The notes below the pieces were generated by a model. It was given only the letters and a program-made list of their open reading frames with translations. It made no database searches and was not told where the DNA came from. The position numbers and the translations under genes are program-made. Shown here piece by piece: positions 1 to 10,422 of a stretch of DNA of 64,000 bases. Numbering within the stretch: position 1 is the stretch's first letter; each line of letters opens with the position of its first letter. The stretch is from Firmicutes bacterium UBA5227 (lineage in GTDB: Bacteria > Bacillota > Clostridia > Tissierellales > Sedimentibacteraceae), in NCBI GenBank assembly GCA_002409285.1, contig DHUT01000088.1:11158-75157 (forward strand), read 5' to 3'.

Positions 1-151
1 ATTTGGAGGAAGCTACAGCCTGATTTGCTCCCTTACCTCCCGGTACCAGGGAAAATGTATTGCCCAGAACAGTTTCTCCGGCTCCCGGTCTTATGTCTGA
101 TGTAAATACCATATCAACGTTAATTGAACCTACAACTACTACCTTTCCCAT
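1..151 (-). CDS. rbsK: Ribokinase (PfkB family), N-terminal part; runs off the window edge
   Basis: Manual translation from ATG at 151: [50 protein letters not shown], with the ribokinase GSxNxD and PGGKGANQA motifs; GGAGG RBS upstream. Not in the supplied ORF track. Confidence 0.92.
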   Translation of the reverse strand, partial: MGKVVVVGSINVDMVFTSDIRPGAGETVLGNTFSLVPGGKGANQAVASSK

Positions 152-162
152 ACTTCCTCCCT

Positions 163-1107
163 TTATTCAATCATACTATCCAACTTGTATATGTCCTTCA
201 GTAATATTTCATTGAATTTGTTTAAATCTATATCTGTTAAAACTATCGGAAATGATTCGTCATAATCAATCCATTCTCTAATATCACAGACCGTATTCCC
301 TCTGTTTAATCCTTCAGAGCAGTCTACCGCCACATCCATATGCTTAGATTTATACAGTTCAGGGTGTATTAAATACATCAGGGCACATACATCGTGAATC
401 GGAGTAAAGGTACCACTGTTTACATGGTCGCCCTTAAAATAGAAGTTCAGAACTTCTCCGCACATCTTTGAAATCTTTCCCGCACTATTTAAAAGTTGAT
501 CCACATCTTCACGGAATAAGCCTGCCGAATGTGTAACATTCAATCCGCTCATAACTATAGGAAGCTTTGAATCAAATACGATTCTTGCAGCTTCCGGGTC
601 TGCCCAGATATTAAATTCTGCAGATGGTGTGGTATTTCCTCCATGAGTTGCTCCGCCCATGATTGAAAGAAGTTCTATTTTATCTGCCACCTCTGGAAAT
701 GTCTTAATCAATAAGGCAATGTTAGTCAGCGGACCAATGGCTACAAGCGTTACTTTTCTTTCTGAAGACATTATTGTATCCCTCAAAAATGTTACCGCAT
801 TGTCAGAATATAGTTTCTTTGTGTGGGGAAATTGATAGTCTCCCACCCCATTGGCTCCGTGAACACTAATTGCCGGTCTTTTTTCTCTGATCAAAGGTCC
901 TTTGGAACCTTTTGCGATTTTTATATCCTTATTTAAAAATGACATTAGTCCAATTGCATTGTTCGTGACATTTTCTATTGTCTGGTTACCTGCAACCGTG
1001 GTAATACCTAAAAGATCAAATTTATCTTCATTTGCAACGGCAAAGCACAGAGCAACAATATCATCTATGCCTGGGTCGCAGTCTATAATAATATTTCTCT
1101 TATCCAT
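163..1107 (-). CDS. Inosine/uridine-preferring nucleoside hydrolase
   Basis: N-terminal DCDPGIDD motif, [19 protein letters not shown] motif. Confidence 0.93.
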   Translation of the reverse strand: MDKRNIIIDCDPGIDDIVALCFAVANEDKFDLLGITTVAGNQTIENVTNNAIGLMSFLNKDIKIAKGSKGPLIREKRPAISVHGANGVGDYQFPHTKKLYSDNAVTFLRDTIMSSERKVTLVAIGPLTNIALLIKTFPEVADKIELLSIMGGATHGGNTTPSAEFNIWADPEAARIVFDSKLPIVMSGLNVTHSAGLFREDVDQLLNSAGKISKMCGEVLNFYFKGDHVNSGTFTPIHDVCALMYLIHPELYKSKHMDVAVDCSEGLNRGNTVCDIREWIDYDESFPIVLTDIDLNKFNEILLKDIYKLDSMIE

Positions 1108-1116
1108 TTTTTCACC

Positions 1117-2034
1117 TTAATCACTTAGTTTTTCTCTCTTTTTCATTCTTCTATAGCTGTAAATTCCCAGACCAACTATTGTGGTAGCATAAGGAATCAT
1201 CTGAATTAACTCATGTGGCCAGTCTCCAAGCTGAAGTATGTTTGATAAGGCTGATGCAGCACCAAACAAAAGCGAAACAAGGAATGCACCTATAGGCGTA
1301 TCGCCTCCCATGGAACTGGCAGCCAGGGCAATAAAACCTCTGCCGGCACTCATTCCTGTAGTAAATTTTGTCATGAAACCGCCTGACAGGAAAAACCCAC
1401 CCATAGAAGCAAGTATTCCGCTTAATATAATGGTGATATATTGCACTCTTTTAGAGCTTATACCCACTGATTCAGCAGCATTTTTATTTTCTCCTACCGC
1501 CCTTATCCTCAGACCCAGCGGAGTTTTGTATAAAAACAGGTGGACAACGACAACCAATATTAAGGATATATATGTAAGCACATTTTGATTTGATATGACT
1601 TCACCTATATATGGTATTTTTTCAATCACCGGTATGTTAATTTTGGGTAGAGGAACAGATGCAACAGATGATGAAACACCTCTGTCTCCTGCCACTGCTA
1701 TAAGAATCAGAACAGTGGCACCATTTGCGATAAGGTTAATTGCAATAGCAGCCAAAATCTCATCTGTCTTAAGTTTAAGTATAAAAAATGCAAGTAAAAA
1801 TCCGATCACTCCTCCCATAGCCATAGTTGCCAGCAACCCTAACCAGCTGCTTTGAAAGGCTGCTGAAAACACCACTCCAAACAACGCTGAAAACAGCATT
1901 ATGCCTTCAAGAGCCATATTTACAACACCGGACTTTGAAACTATAGCTGAAGCCAGTGCAGCAAATAAAATAGGTGTTGTGGCCCTCAGTGCAGCATTTA
2001 AGAATTCAGGTGATAAAAGAGCATTTAGTATCAT
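1117..2034 (-). CDS. Nucleoside/simple-sugar ABC transporter permease (CUT2 type)
   Basis: Hydrophobic; SGVVNMALEG and GLRIRAVGEN motifs; operon context. Confidence 0.9.
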   Translation of the reverse strand: MILNALLSPEFLNAALRATTPILFAALASAIVSKSGVVNMALEGIMLFSALFGVVFSAAFQSSWLGLLATMAMGGVIGFLLAFFILKLKTDEILAAIAINLIANGATVLILIAVAGDRGVSSSVASVPLPKINIPVIEKIPYIGEVISNQNVLTYISLILVVVVHLFLYKTPLGLRIRAVGENKNAAESVGISSKRVQYITIILSGILASMGGFFLSGGFMTKFTTGMSAGRGFIALAASSMGGDTPIGAFLVSLLFGAASALSNILQLGDWPHELIQMIPYATTIVGLGIYSYRRMKKREKLSD

Positions 2035-3104
2035 TATTCAGCCTCCTTAATATTACCTAAAGCAGCCTTCGCTTCTTTAGCTATCATTTTATGCTTATAC
2101 TTGCTTAAAAACTGTTCTGCCACAATAAGCAGAATTATAATCCCCTGGGTTACCGTAACTATTTCCATTGGGACATTTGAAACAATCGACATTTTTGAAG
2201 CTCCTGTCCTGATATATGCAAGGAAAAATGCCGCAACAGGAACATATAGGGGGTTATTTTTAGCCAGTGTTGTAATTATGATTGCATCCCAGCCATAGCC
2301 CAGGGAATTAGTCCATGAAAATCGTTCATACATCCCAAGCATTTCAACTCCTCCGCCAATGCCGAATATTAATCCTCCTATGAGCTGGGATATTAAGGTC
2401 ACCTTCAAAACATTAATGCCTGAGTACTTGGCATAATCTGCATTTTCACCGGTAACCCGGATTTCGTAGCCTATCTTTGTCTTGTGCAGAAACACATAGC
2501 CAAAACCAGCAGCCGCTAATGCAATAAATAAACCAATATGTATTCTCGTGCCGGGTATAATTGAATTAAGCTGGGTAACATCAGGAATAGCATATGAAAC
2601 GACTGCTCCCACCTTGGGATCTCTAAGATAATAGTTTAAAACATAATTAGCAAAGAATGTAACCAGGTAGTTCATCATCAGTGATGAAACAAGTACATCA
2701 GAATCAGTTTTTATCTTCATTACAGCAGGAATAGCAGTAATAAAAGAACCAAACAGACCTGCAATCAAAATACATATCAGGGGACTGATGCCTGCAGGCA
2801 TTGCTGTATTCACGGCAATAAAGGTTGCCACAAGTCCTCCTATGTGGAACGAACCTTCACCGGCAAGATTTATTTGGTTTGCCGAAAACATAATGCTTAC
2901 ACCGACTCCGGCAAATATTAGCGGAATCGCAGCCTCAATTACGTTGCCGATTCGCCTTGTACTTTTTAACGGCCCTATAAGAAGTTCAAGAATTGCTTTC
3001 ACAGGTTCATCACTTGTAAGAAAAATTATAATAAATGAAATTAGCAATGCAATACCAATGGATAGTACGGTACGCAAAATATCATATTTTTTATTACTGT
3101 TCAT
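2034..3104 (-). CDS. Nucleoside/simple-sugar ABC transporter permease (second subunit)
   Basis: Hydrophobic; INLAGEG and GYEIRVTGEN motifs. Confidence 0.9.
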   Translation of the reverse strand: MNSNKKYDILRTVLSIGIALLISFIIIFLTSDEPVKAILELLIGPLKSTRRIGNVIEAAIPLIFAGVGVSIMFSANQINLAGEGSFHIGGLVATFIAVNTAMPAGISPLICILIAGLFGSFITAIPAVMKIKTDSDVLVSSLMMNYLVTFFANYVLNYYLRDPKVGAVVSYAIPDVTQLNSIIPGTRIHIGLFIALAAAGFGYVFLHKTKIGYEIRVTGENADYAKYSGINVLKVTLISQLIGGLIFGIGGGVEMLGMYERFSWTNSLGYGWDAIIITTLAKNNPLYVPVAAFFLAYIRTGASKMSIVSNVPMEIVTVTQGIIILLIVAEQFLSKYKHKMIAKEAKAALGNIKEAE

Positions 3105-4644
3105 ATATTATTCCCTCCAGTTTTTCATCCCTTTTAATACCCAGCATGTATTCACCTAATTCTTCTTCCGTAAGGTTTTTAACATCGTTAAACACTCCGG
3201 AAAAACTCCCCTTATACATTACTGCCAGCCTGTCACTCAGCTCCAGCACCTCATTTAAATCTGCCGATATTAGAATTATTGCACACCCTGCATCCCTGAA
3301 TTCGATAATTCTTTGTCTTATAAATGAAGATGCTCCTACGTCAATACCACGTGTGGGCTGGTTGGCGATAATTATTTCAGGATTGGTTGAAAATTCCCTT
3401 GCCACTACTACCTTCTGGATATTACCGCCTGAAAGCATACCTACATTTTGTTTATAAGACTCACACTTAATCAAATATTCCTTTATAAGCTTATTTACTC
3501 TTGATTCAATTTTTTTAGTTTTAAGCATAAGTCTTCCGGAATATTCAGGATTGTCATATTGATTAGAAAGGATATTATCCATTATGTTCATATTTGCCGC
3601 ACATCCTAATGTCATTCTGTCTTCAGGTATATGCGCAACTCCTGATTTTCTTATACTGTATATGCTGCTGTTTTTAATATCCTTGTCAAATATTTTAATA
3701 CTGCCTGAATATTTTTTTGTAAGTCCTGTTATGGCATCCACAAGATGACCTTGGCCATTACCTTCAACTCCTGCAATACCAAAAATTTCACCTGCCTTTA
3801 AATCAAATGAAAGGTCGTTCACTCTTACAACTCCTGTAGTTCCCACTACCTGTAAATCTCTAACTTTCATAACCGTTTCCCTGAGAACAGGTGGCTTTTT
3901 ATCAAAGGACGTAACGACATCTCTGCCAACCATCAGCCTGGACATTTCCACCGTGGAAATATCACTAACATTATAAGTTCCTTTACTTCTGCCGTTGCGC
4001 ATTATTGTTGCCCTGTTGCAAATTGATTTAATTTCATCCAGTTTGTGAGAAATGAAAATAATCGTGTGACCCATATCCTTTAAATTCTTTAATTGTATGA
4101 ACAGTTCATCTGTTTCCTGTGGAGTAAGGACTGCGGTAGGTTCATCCAGTATCAGAATATCAGCTCCTCTGTACAAAGCCTTTAGTATTTCTACTTTTTG
4201 CTTAATTCCTACTGGAAGCTCCTCAACTTTCATTGTAACATCAACATCGAAGTTGTACTTTTTTGCTATATCAGCGGATAAATTGACAGCCTTATCCATA
4301 TCTGTAAATATACCGCTTTTAGGCTCTACTCCAAGTACAATGTTTTCTGCAACTGTAAGAGATGGAACAAGCATAAAGTGCTGATGAACCATTCCTATAC
4401 CTTTTTTTATTGCATCTTGGGGGGAATTTAACTTAATTTCTTCGCCATGTAATATAATATTCCCCTGTTCTGGAGTTTCAAGCCCAAATAAAACTTTCAT
4501 AAGAGTACTTTTGCCTGCACCATTTTCACCTAATAATGCGTGTATTTCGCCTCTTTCAAGCTCCAATGTGACATCCTTCACAGCCACAACCCCATTCGGA
4601 TAAATTTTCATTATATTTTTCATTTCAAGCACTTTATCGCTCAC
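3094..4644 (-). CDS. Nucleoside/sugar ABC transporter ATP-binding protein (tandem ABC domains)
   Basis: Walker A GENGAGKST, ILDEPT, LSGGNIQK, QPTRGID; GTG start. Confidence 0.95.
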   Translation of the reverse strand: MSDKVLEMKNIMKIYPNGVVAVKDVTLELERGEIHALLGENGAGKSTLMKVLFGLETPEQGNIILHGEEIKLNSPQDAIKKGIGMVHQHFMLVPSLTVAENIVLGVEPKSGIFTDMDKAVNLSADIAKKYNFDVDVTMKVEELPVGIKQKVEILKALYRGADILILDEPTAVLTPQETDELFIQLKNLKDMGHTIIFISHKLDEIKSICNRATIMRNGRSKGTYNVSDISTVEMSRLMVGRDVVTSFDKKPPVLRETVMKVRDLQVVGTTGVVRVNDLSFDLKAGEIFGIAGVEGNGQGHLVDAITGLTKKYSGSIKIFDKDIKNSSIYSIRKSGVAHIPEDRMTLGCAANMNIMDNILSNQYDNPEYSGRLMLKTKKIESRVNKLIKEYLIKCESYKQNVGMLSGGNIQKVVVAREFSTNPEIIIANQPTRGIDVGASSFIRQRIIEFRDAGCAIILISADLNEVLELSDRLAVMYKGSFSGVFNDVKNLTEEELGEYMLGIKRDEKLEGIIYEQ

Positions 4645-4663
4645 CGAAATACCTCCAACTATT

Positions 4664-4694
4664 AAACAGTCAGGGACCTCCCCCTGACTGTTTA
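4664..4694 (-). terminator. Hairpin between substrate-binding gene and ATPase (mRNA-stabilising or partial terminator)
   Basis: Inverted repeat aaacagtcaggg / ccctgactgttt. Confidence 0.6.
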
Positions 4695-4749
4695 TATGTG
4701 ATTTTTATTACTGATAATAAGTAAGCAGCACCATGTACAGATTAGCGCC

Positions 4750-5889
4750 TTACTTAACGGAATCTTTTACTGCCTGAACTTCTTCTGTTGATTTACCTAA
4801 AGCAGAATCAACAACTATTTCCCCATCAATAATTTTTTGTTCCAATTCATCCAATTTTGCTCTGATTCCTTCAGGAAGCATTTCTTCATAATGAGCATCT
4901 TTCACTATTTCAACTCCGCCTTCAGCAAATCCCAATGATTCAACTCTTCCGTATTCAAACTTACCGTCCATATCAGCTTTAATTGCTCTATACAGAGAAT
5001 TTCCCACATTTTTAAGGGCTGATGTAGGAATTACATGTGCCTTGTCCGGAAGTAATGCAGCCTGATCTGAGTCAACACCAAATGCATATTTATCTGTATC
5101 AACAGCCGCTTCAATCTGACCCAATCCTGCTAATCCGGCTACATTATATCCCACATCAACTCCTCCGCTTTGATACTGAGATAAAGCAAGATCCTTTCCT
5201 CTGGCTGAGTCAAGAAAATCTCCTACATATGCTATAGAAACCTTTATGTCAGGCTCCACGTACTTAGCTCCCTGAATATATCCAAATAAGAAATCATTTA
5301 TTACAGGGTTTTCCATTCCGCCTAAAAAACCTATGTTCTTAGTTGCCGGATCAATGTTTGGCAGGCTTGCGTCTGTTGTCATCATTGCTGCGGCAGCTCC
5401 GATTAAGAATGATACTTCATTCTGTTTGTACAGCACATTATAAATATTTTTGAAATTTCCTGTTTCTAAATCAGGGAAAGTTTCATCAAAGAAAATAAAT
5501 TTCTGGTCAGGGAATTCTGTTGCTGCGTCCTTAAGTGCATCATACATCTGATATGTACCAACTATTATAACGTCATATTCTCCCGTTTCGCAGTATTCCA
5601 AAACAGCAGGACCCCACTTTGGTTCATCTGATGGCGCTCCGCCCATTTCATAAGTCTTAAAATCAAATTTGTCAGCACCAAGTTCATCCTTCAATCTTTC
5701 AAGTCCTGAGTTTGCAGAATCAAAAAATGATTTATCTCCTAATGTTCCGTTAATTAACAATGCAGCCTTGTACGGCTTTCCACTTTCAGATGTTCCTCCG
5801 CCATTTGGTGTTCCGGAAGGCTCCTTTGCACATGCGGTAACTGAAAAAATCATCATAACCGCAAGCAGTAAAGCTGTTACCTTTTTCAT
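4750..5889 (-). CDS. BMP/PnrA-family nucleoside-binding lipoprotein
   Basis: Lipobox VTAC, GDKSFFDSA, GVDSDQ motifs. Confidence 0.92.
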   Translation of the reverse strand: MKKVTALLLAVMMIFSVTACAKEPSGTPNGGGTSESGKPYKAALLINGTLGDKSFFDSANSGLERLKDELGADKFDFKTYEMGGAPSDEPKWGPAVLEYCETGEYDVIIVGTYQMYDALKDAATEFPDQKFIFFDETFPDLETGNFKNIYNVLYKQNEVSFLIGAAAAMMTTDASLPNIDPATKNIGFLGGMENPVINDFLFGYIQGAKYVEPDIKVSIAYVGDFLDSARGKDLALSQYQSGGVDVGYNVAGLAGLGQIEAAVDTDKYAFGVDSDQAALLPDKAHVIPTSALKNVGNSLYRAIKADMDGKFEYGRVESLGFAEGGVEIVKDAHYEEMLPEGIRAKLDELEQKIIDGEIVVDSALGKSTEEVQAVKDSVK

Positions 5890-5904
5890 TTGATATCCTC
5901 CTAA

Positions 5905-7296
5905 TTAAGCCTGAGCTTTTTTTATGTATTTTAATGTATCATCGACCAAATCATCCAGCATAATTTCCTCATAATGCCTCATATAGGTTACAAGCTTGTC
6001 AAATGCAGGTGAAATAAGTCTTTTTGGAATGATACCCATTCCCTTTTGAATTCCTAAAACAGGCATACTCATGCCTGCGTTACAGTCAGCATCAATACCG
6101 CACATTGTAATTATGTTCAGTGTTTTTTCAAAATCACCTTCACCATACATAAGGGCGATAATTTCGCAGCATGCGTTTGGATACGCATGAATCCAGTTGT
6201 ATTTCTTATATTTTTCTTCGCATTCAGCTAATGCATCGTGCCAGTCTCCATATTTTAAACAACGGTTATATGCAAAACTTATAACGGAATAATATTCACT
6301 GTCGTTTGGAATCATTGAAATAGCAGTTTTAACTACGTCCCTTACATCATCATTTACAAACGCCATAGATATCATTACAGAATTGAACACTTCTCCAAGA
6401 ATTCCGTTGTTTATGTGTGACACCTCTCCGTCTTTCCACGCAAGCTCTGCAGCCAGCCTTGGATTCCCCGGAGCGACCATACCGCATACTGCACCTCTCA
6501 TCTGTGCACCAATCCATTCATTAAAGGGATTGTTCCATTTAGCGCTCTCCGGAGGCATCATACCTGAACGGATATTCCTTAAAGCAAGCTCTTCCGCAGA
6601 CCATCCCACAGGTATCAAACCAATCCATGACAATGCAATGTCCTTGCTTGTAACAGCATATCCCTTATCTTTAAATGCATCAAGGAATGCTATTTCAAAG
6701 GTTATATCATCGTTGTATGTATTTGGTTCCCTGATATAGGATTTAACGTCTCCAAAGGCTTCGTACAAATTTTTTGATGTATAGCCTTCGACCATGGTAC
6801 CCATAGCCGCACCTATAAGTTGAGACATCCATCCTGCTTTAATCTGTTCTTTAAACTTATCCGAATCAATATCTAACTTTACAGGTTCTGGAAATTGAAC
6901 ACTTAACTCATATTGTTTGAAATTATCATAGTATCTATACTTCCAATAATCTGAGCTTTCATTTTTTTTGGCATTTAAAAATTCATTCCTCAGCTCAGCC
7001 GAAACCTTCTGAAGCTCTACACTGTTTTCTTCCTTATGAGCCTTAAGGCCCCTCTCCAGGAGTTCATAAGCGTTGTTAACTGTATATCCTCTGTTTTCCA
7101 AAGCCTGAACCGCCGAAACCATAGCAATTTCAGGTGCACCGGAGCCCGGTACATTGCTTCCCCAGTCATTGCTTAGTGTTCCGTCATAAAAATCCGCAAC
7201 AGCCTTTAAAGCGCTCCATCCCTGCTCTCCTTCATCTAATACGGTCGGTTTCGCATTTGAAAATAAATCATATGCCATTTCCCATGCTTTTTTCAT
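5905..7296 (-). CDS. ADP-ribosylglycohydrolase family protein with ~150 aa N-terminal extension
   Basis: YNDDITFE acidic pair, EWIGAQMRG, DADCNAG DxD motif typical of the ARH/DraG fold. Confidence 0.85.
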   Translation of the reverse strand: MKKAWEMAYDLFSNAKPTVLDEGEQGWSALKAVADFYDGTLSNDWGSNVPGSGAPEIAMVSAVQALENRGYTVNNAYELLERGLKAHKEENSVELQKVSAELRNEFLNAKKNESSDYWKYRYYDNFKQYELSVQFPEPVKLDIDSDKFKEQIKAGWMSQLIGAAMGTMVEGYTSKNLYEAFGDVKSYIREPNTYNDDITFEIAFLDAFKDKGYAVTSKDIALSWIGLIPVGWSAEELALRNIRSGMMPPESAKWNNPFNEWIGAQMRGAVCGMVAPGNPRLAAELAWKDGEVSHINNGILGEVFNSVMISMAFVNDDVRDVVKTAISMIPNDSEYYSVISFAYNRCLKYGDWHDALAECEEKYKKYNWIHAYPNACCEIIALMYGEGDFEKTLNIITMCGIDADCNAGMSMPVLGIQKGMGIIPKRLISPAFDKLVTYMRHYEEIMLDDLVDDTLKYIKKAQA

Positions 7297-7326
7297 TAAA
7301 TCCTCCTAAGGCTTATTACAAGCACA

Positions 7327-8028
7327 TTACGCAAGCTCAAGAGCAATTTTCATCATATCTTTAAATCCTTTTTCTCTTTGCTCCGGAGTCGTTTCTGTTT
7401 GATTTGCTATTGAATCTGATACCGTAAGTATAGTCAGCGCATTTACACCTGCTCTGTTTGCGTTGCAGTATAAAGCGTATGATTCCATTTCTGCTGCCAG
7501 GCATCCCATCTTAGCCCAGCTCCTCCAGCTCTCAGGGTTGTCGTGATAGAAAACATCTGACGTTACTATGTTACCCACAGTTGTGCTGATATTATTTTCA
7601 TCAGCTATTTTTTTTGCCCTGGACAAAAGCTCCCAGGAAGCCGTGGCTGAATAAATACCGGGAAGGTTATATTGAGCAGCGTAATTTGAATCTGTACTTG
7701 CACCCATTACCAATATAATATCATATAAATTTAATCGCGGGTCATATGCTCCGCAGGAACCTATTCTGATTAAATTTTTAACTCCATAAATATGTATCAA
7801 TTCATATGAATAAATTCCAATTGAAGGGCATCCCATTCCGGTACCCATAACTGACACCTTTCTTTCGTTATATGTTCCTGTATATCCGAACATATTTCTT
7901 ACAGCATTAAACTGCTCAACATTATTTAAAAAATTTTCAGCAATAAATTTAGCCCTCAAGGGGTCACCCGGCAGCAATACAGTTTCTGCAATTTGTCCCT
8001 TACTTGCACTGTTATGTGGTGTAGACAT
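7327..8028 (-). CDS. deoD: Purine nucleoside phosphorylase DeoD type
   Basis: MSTPHN, LLPGDPLRAKFIA, GMGCPS, EMES motifs. Confidence 0.96.
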   Translation of the reverse strand: MSTPHNSASKGQIAETVLLPGDPLRAKFIAENFLNNVEQFNAVRNMFGYTGTYNERKVSVMGTGMGCPSIGIYSYELIHIYGVKNLIRIGSCGAYDPRLNLYDIILVMGASTDSNYAAQYNLPGIYSATASWELLSRAKKIADENNISTTVGNIVTSDVFYHDNPESWRSWAKMGCLAAEMESYALYCNANRAGVNALTILTVSDSIANQTETTPEQREKGFKDMMKIALELA

Positions 8029-8200
8029 ATAATTTTCCTCCTCTACATTGATAATGTTGATATTTGATATTTTATATTTAAAATAATATAAAAAGCTATA
8101 GTATATTACTACTTTTTTATATTATAGTCAATATTGGTTTTCTTGGTTTTCTTGGTTTTCTTCCTTTCTCTCTTAAGCTCCAACAATATAGTCATCCAAA

Positions 8201-9082
8201 TCAACGCCTGGTTTTTCTTCCTGAGGCTGTAGAAGTTTTACTGTCCAAAAGACGTATTCCACTTCTTGTCATTTCGATTACATTTCTTTTCATAAGTCTT
8301 CCTGCTGCTTTTTTAAATGAACTTTTGCTGAGTCCGAGAGTTTTGTTTATTTCTTCCGGACTGCTGTCATCATTCAGCGGAAGGAACCCCTTATTTTTTG
8401 CAATAGCATTTAATATTTTCTCTCCATCCTTGTCAATTTGAAGTCTTGGTGCATCCTTCAGGCTTAAATCCAGCTTGCCGTCTTCTTTAATGTGACTTAT
8501 TCTGACCTCGACAATTTCTCCGGAATGCAGGGGTTTTAATAATTCTCCTTCATGAATAAGCCCCAGGTACTTTCCTTCAACAGCAACCATTGCTCCCAGA
8601 CCCCTTTTCAGGCTGAAAACTGTTCCCTTCACCATGTCGTTAACCTTGTATGGCGAATCCGTTCTGAGAACCTTGAAAAGATTCATAGTTGCACACAGGC
8701 GGTCGGATTTATCGATATATAACCCTACCAGATATTCTCCGTTAAGCTTAATTTCTCCTACCTGCTCTTTAAACGGAAGGAATAAATCCTTTTCTAATCC
8801 CCAGCTTAAAAAAGCTCCTATTCCGGTCATCTGCACAACCTTTAAATATGCAATTTCACCTATAACGATTTTAGGTCTTTTTACTGTGGCAATTACCCTG
8901 TCATCAGAGTCCCTGTAAACAAAAACCTTAATTTTATCACCTATCCCGGTATTTTCCGGCACCTGTTTTAAGGGCAACAGAATTTTTTCATCGGCTTTTT
9001 CACCGCCTGGCTCTTTAAGGTATACTCCAAAATCCACTTTTTTTATTACTTCAAGCTCCTGCATTTCTCCTAATTTTATCAT
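8201..9082 (-). CDS. cvfB: CvfB-family S1 RNA-binding protein
   Basis: GAFLSWGLEKDLFLP, tandem S1 domains, C-terminal LSKSSFKKAAGRL winged helix. Confidence 0.88.
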   Translation of the reverse strand: MIKLGEMQELEVIKKVDFGVYLKEPGGEKADEKILLPLKQVPENTGIGDKIKVFVYRDSDDRVIATVKRPKIVIGEIAYLKVVQMTGIGAFLSWGLEKDLFLPFKEQVGEIKLNGEYLVGLYIDKSDRLCATMNLFKVLRTDSPYKVNDMVKGTVFSLKRGLGAMVAVEGKYLGLIHEGELLKPLHSGEIVEVRISHIKEDGKLDLSLKDAPRLQIDKDGEKILNAIAKNKGFLPLNDDSSPEEINKTLGLSKSSFKKAAGRLMKRNVIEMTRSGIRLLDSKTSTASGRKTRR

Positions 9083-9120
9083 ACTTTCTCCTATGGAACA
9101 GGAAATGTTCCTTACTGATT

Positions 9121-10404
9121 TTATCTTCTTCCTAACAATTTAAACATATTTTTTTTATAATTTTCAACCCCGGGCTGAGTAAATGGATCTATAGCATTAG
9201 TATACCCACTTATTCCGCATGTCATCATAAAAAGGTAAAAAAGCTTACCTAAATAAAATTCATTCATTTCAGGAATCCTGATGACTATGCCCGGCACCTG
9301 CCCCTCGTTATGAGCCATAAAGGTTCCTTCAAAAGCACTTCTGTTTATATAGCTTAAGTCCCTGCACGCAATATAGTTTAATCCGTCAAAATCATCATCT
9401 GCCAGCGGAACAGAAATATCACCTCTGCTGCTTTCTGTTAATACTGTTGTTTCAAAAAGTATCTTCCTCCCTTCCTGAACATACTGCCCCATTGAGTGAA
9501 GATCCGTAGTAAAGTTTAAAGAAGCTGGGAATATTCCTTTACCCTCCTTGCCCTCGCTTTCGCCGAAAAGTTGTTTCCACCATTCGCCAATGGATACATA
9601 CGAAGGCTCATAATTAACAAGAACTTCCACTTCCTTGCCACGCCTGTTCAAAATATTCCTGGCAGCAGCATATTGACAGCATATATTTTCATTGAAATTT
9701 CTTTTTTGATAATCCTCCCCACCAGATTTCAGACCACTGATAAATTCATCCGTATTCAGATTAGCAGCGGCCATTGGCAATAAACCAACCGGTGTAATAA
9801 CAGAATACCTTCCCCCTATATCATCAGGAATTACAAAAGTTTTGTAGCCATTTATGTCAGAAATATTCTTTAGAACTCCTCTTTCTTTATCTGTTACAAC
9901 AAAAATTCTGTTCCTGGTATCTCCTCCGTATTTTTCCTCCATCAGATTTCTTACTATCCTGAAAGCAACTGCCGTCTCCAGCGTTGTCCCTGATTTCGAA
10001 ACAACAATTACACAAATTTCCTTATTTTTAACAACCTCTGTAAGTTTTTTCAAATATGCTCCGCTTAAATTCTGTCCGGCATAGTAAACTTGCGGACTTA
10101 ACAATTCATTATGGAAGTCCCCTCTGATTGCTTCTACCGCAGCTCTTGTTCCCAGGTAAGAACCGCCTATTCCCAACACTATAAAAGCCTCGCAATTACT
10201 TCTTATATAGTTTGCGGATTTTTTAATTTCTTCATATTCCTCTCCATCCATGGACACGGCATAATCAACCCACCCTGTCATGTTGCTGCTGACTCCTTTT
10301 TTATCAAGCAGAATTTCCTGGGCATGCATGATTTCCGGCTCTATATCTCTCATCTCATTTTCACTTATAAAGCTTCCTTTTAGATCCAAAATAATTTCCT
10401 TCAT
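9121..10404 (-). CDS. pgi: Glucose-6-phosphate isomerase
   Basis: GIGGSYLG, SKSGTTLE, IGGRYSV, QLFGESEGK, DLHSMGQ, QPGVENYK. Confidence 0.96.
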   Translation of the reverse strand: MKEIILDLKGSFISENEMRDIEPEIMHAQEILLDKKGVSSNMTGWVDYAVSMDGEEYEEIKKSANYIRSNCEAFIVLGIGGSYLGTRAAVEAIRGDFHNELLSPQVYYAGQNLSGAYLKKLTEVVKNKEICVIVVSKSGTTLETAVAFRIVRNLMEEKYGGDTRNRIFVVTDKERGVLKNISDINGYKTFVIPDDIGGRYSVITPVGLLPMAAANLNTDEFISGLKSGGEDYQKRNFNENICCQYAAARNILNRRGKEVEVLVNYEPSYVSIGEWWKQLFGESEGKEGKGIFPASLNFTTDLHSMGQYVQEGRKILFETTVLTESSRGDISVPLADDDFDGLNYIACRDLSYINRSAFEGTFMAHNEGQVPGIVIRIPEMNEFYLGKLFYLFMMTCGISGYTNAIDPFTQPGVENYKKNMFKLLGRR

Positions 10405-10422
10405 ATTGCCCCTCTTTCATAA

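Noticed and set aside
8029-8200. Purine riboswitch upstream of deoD
   Set aside because: The leader is AT-rich and lacks the aptamer core.
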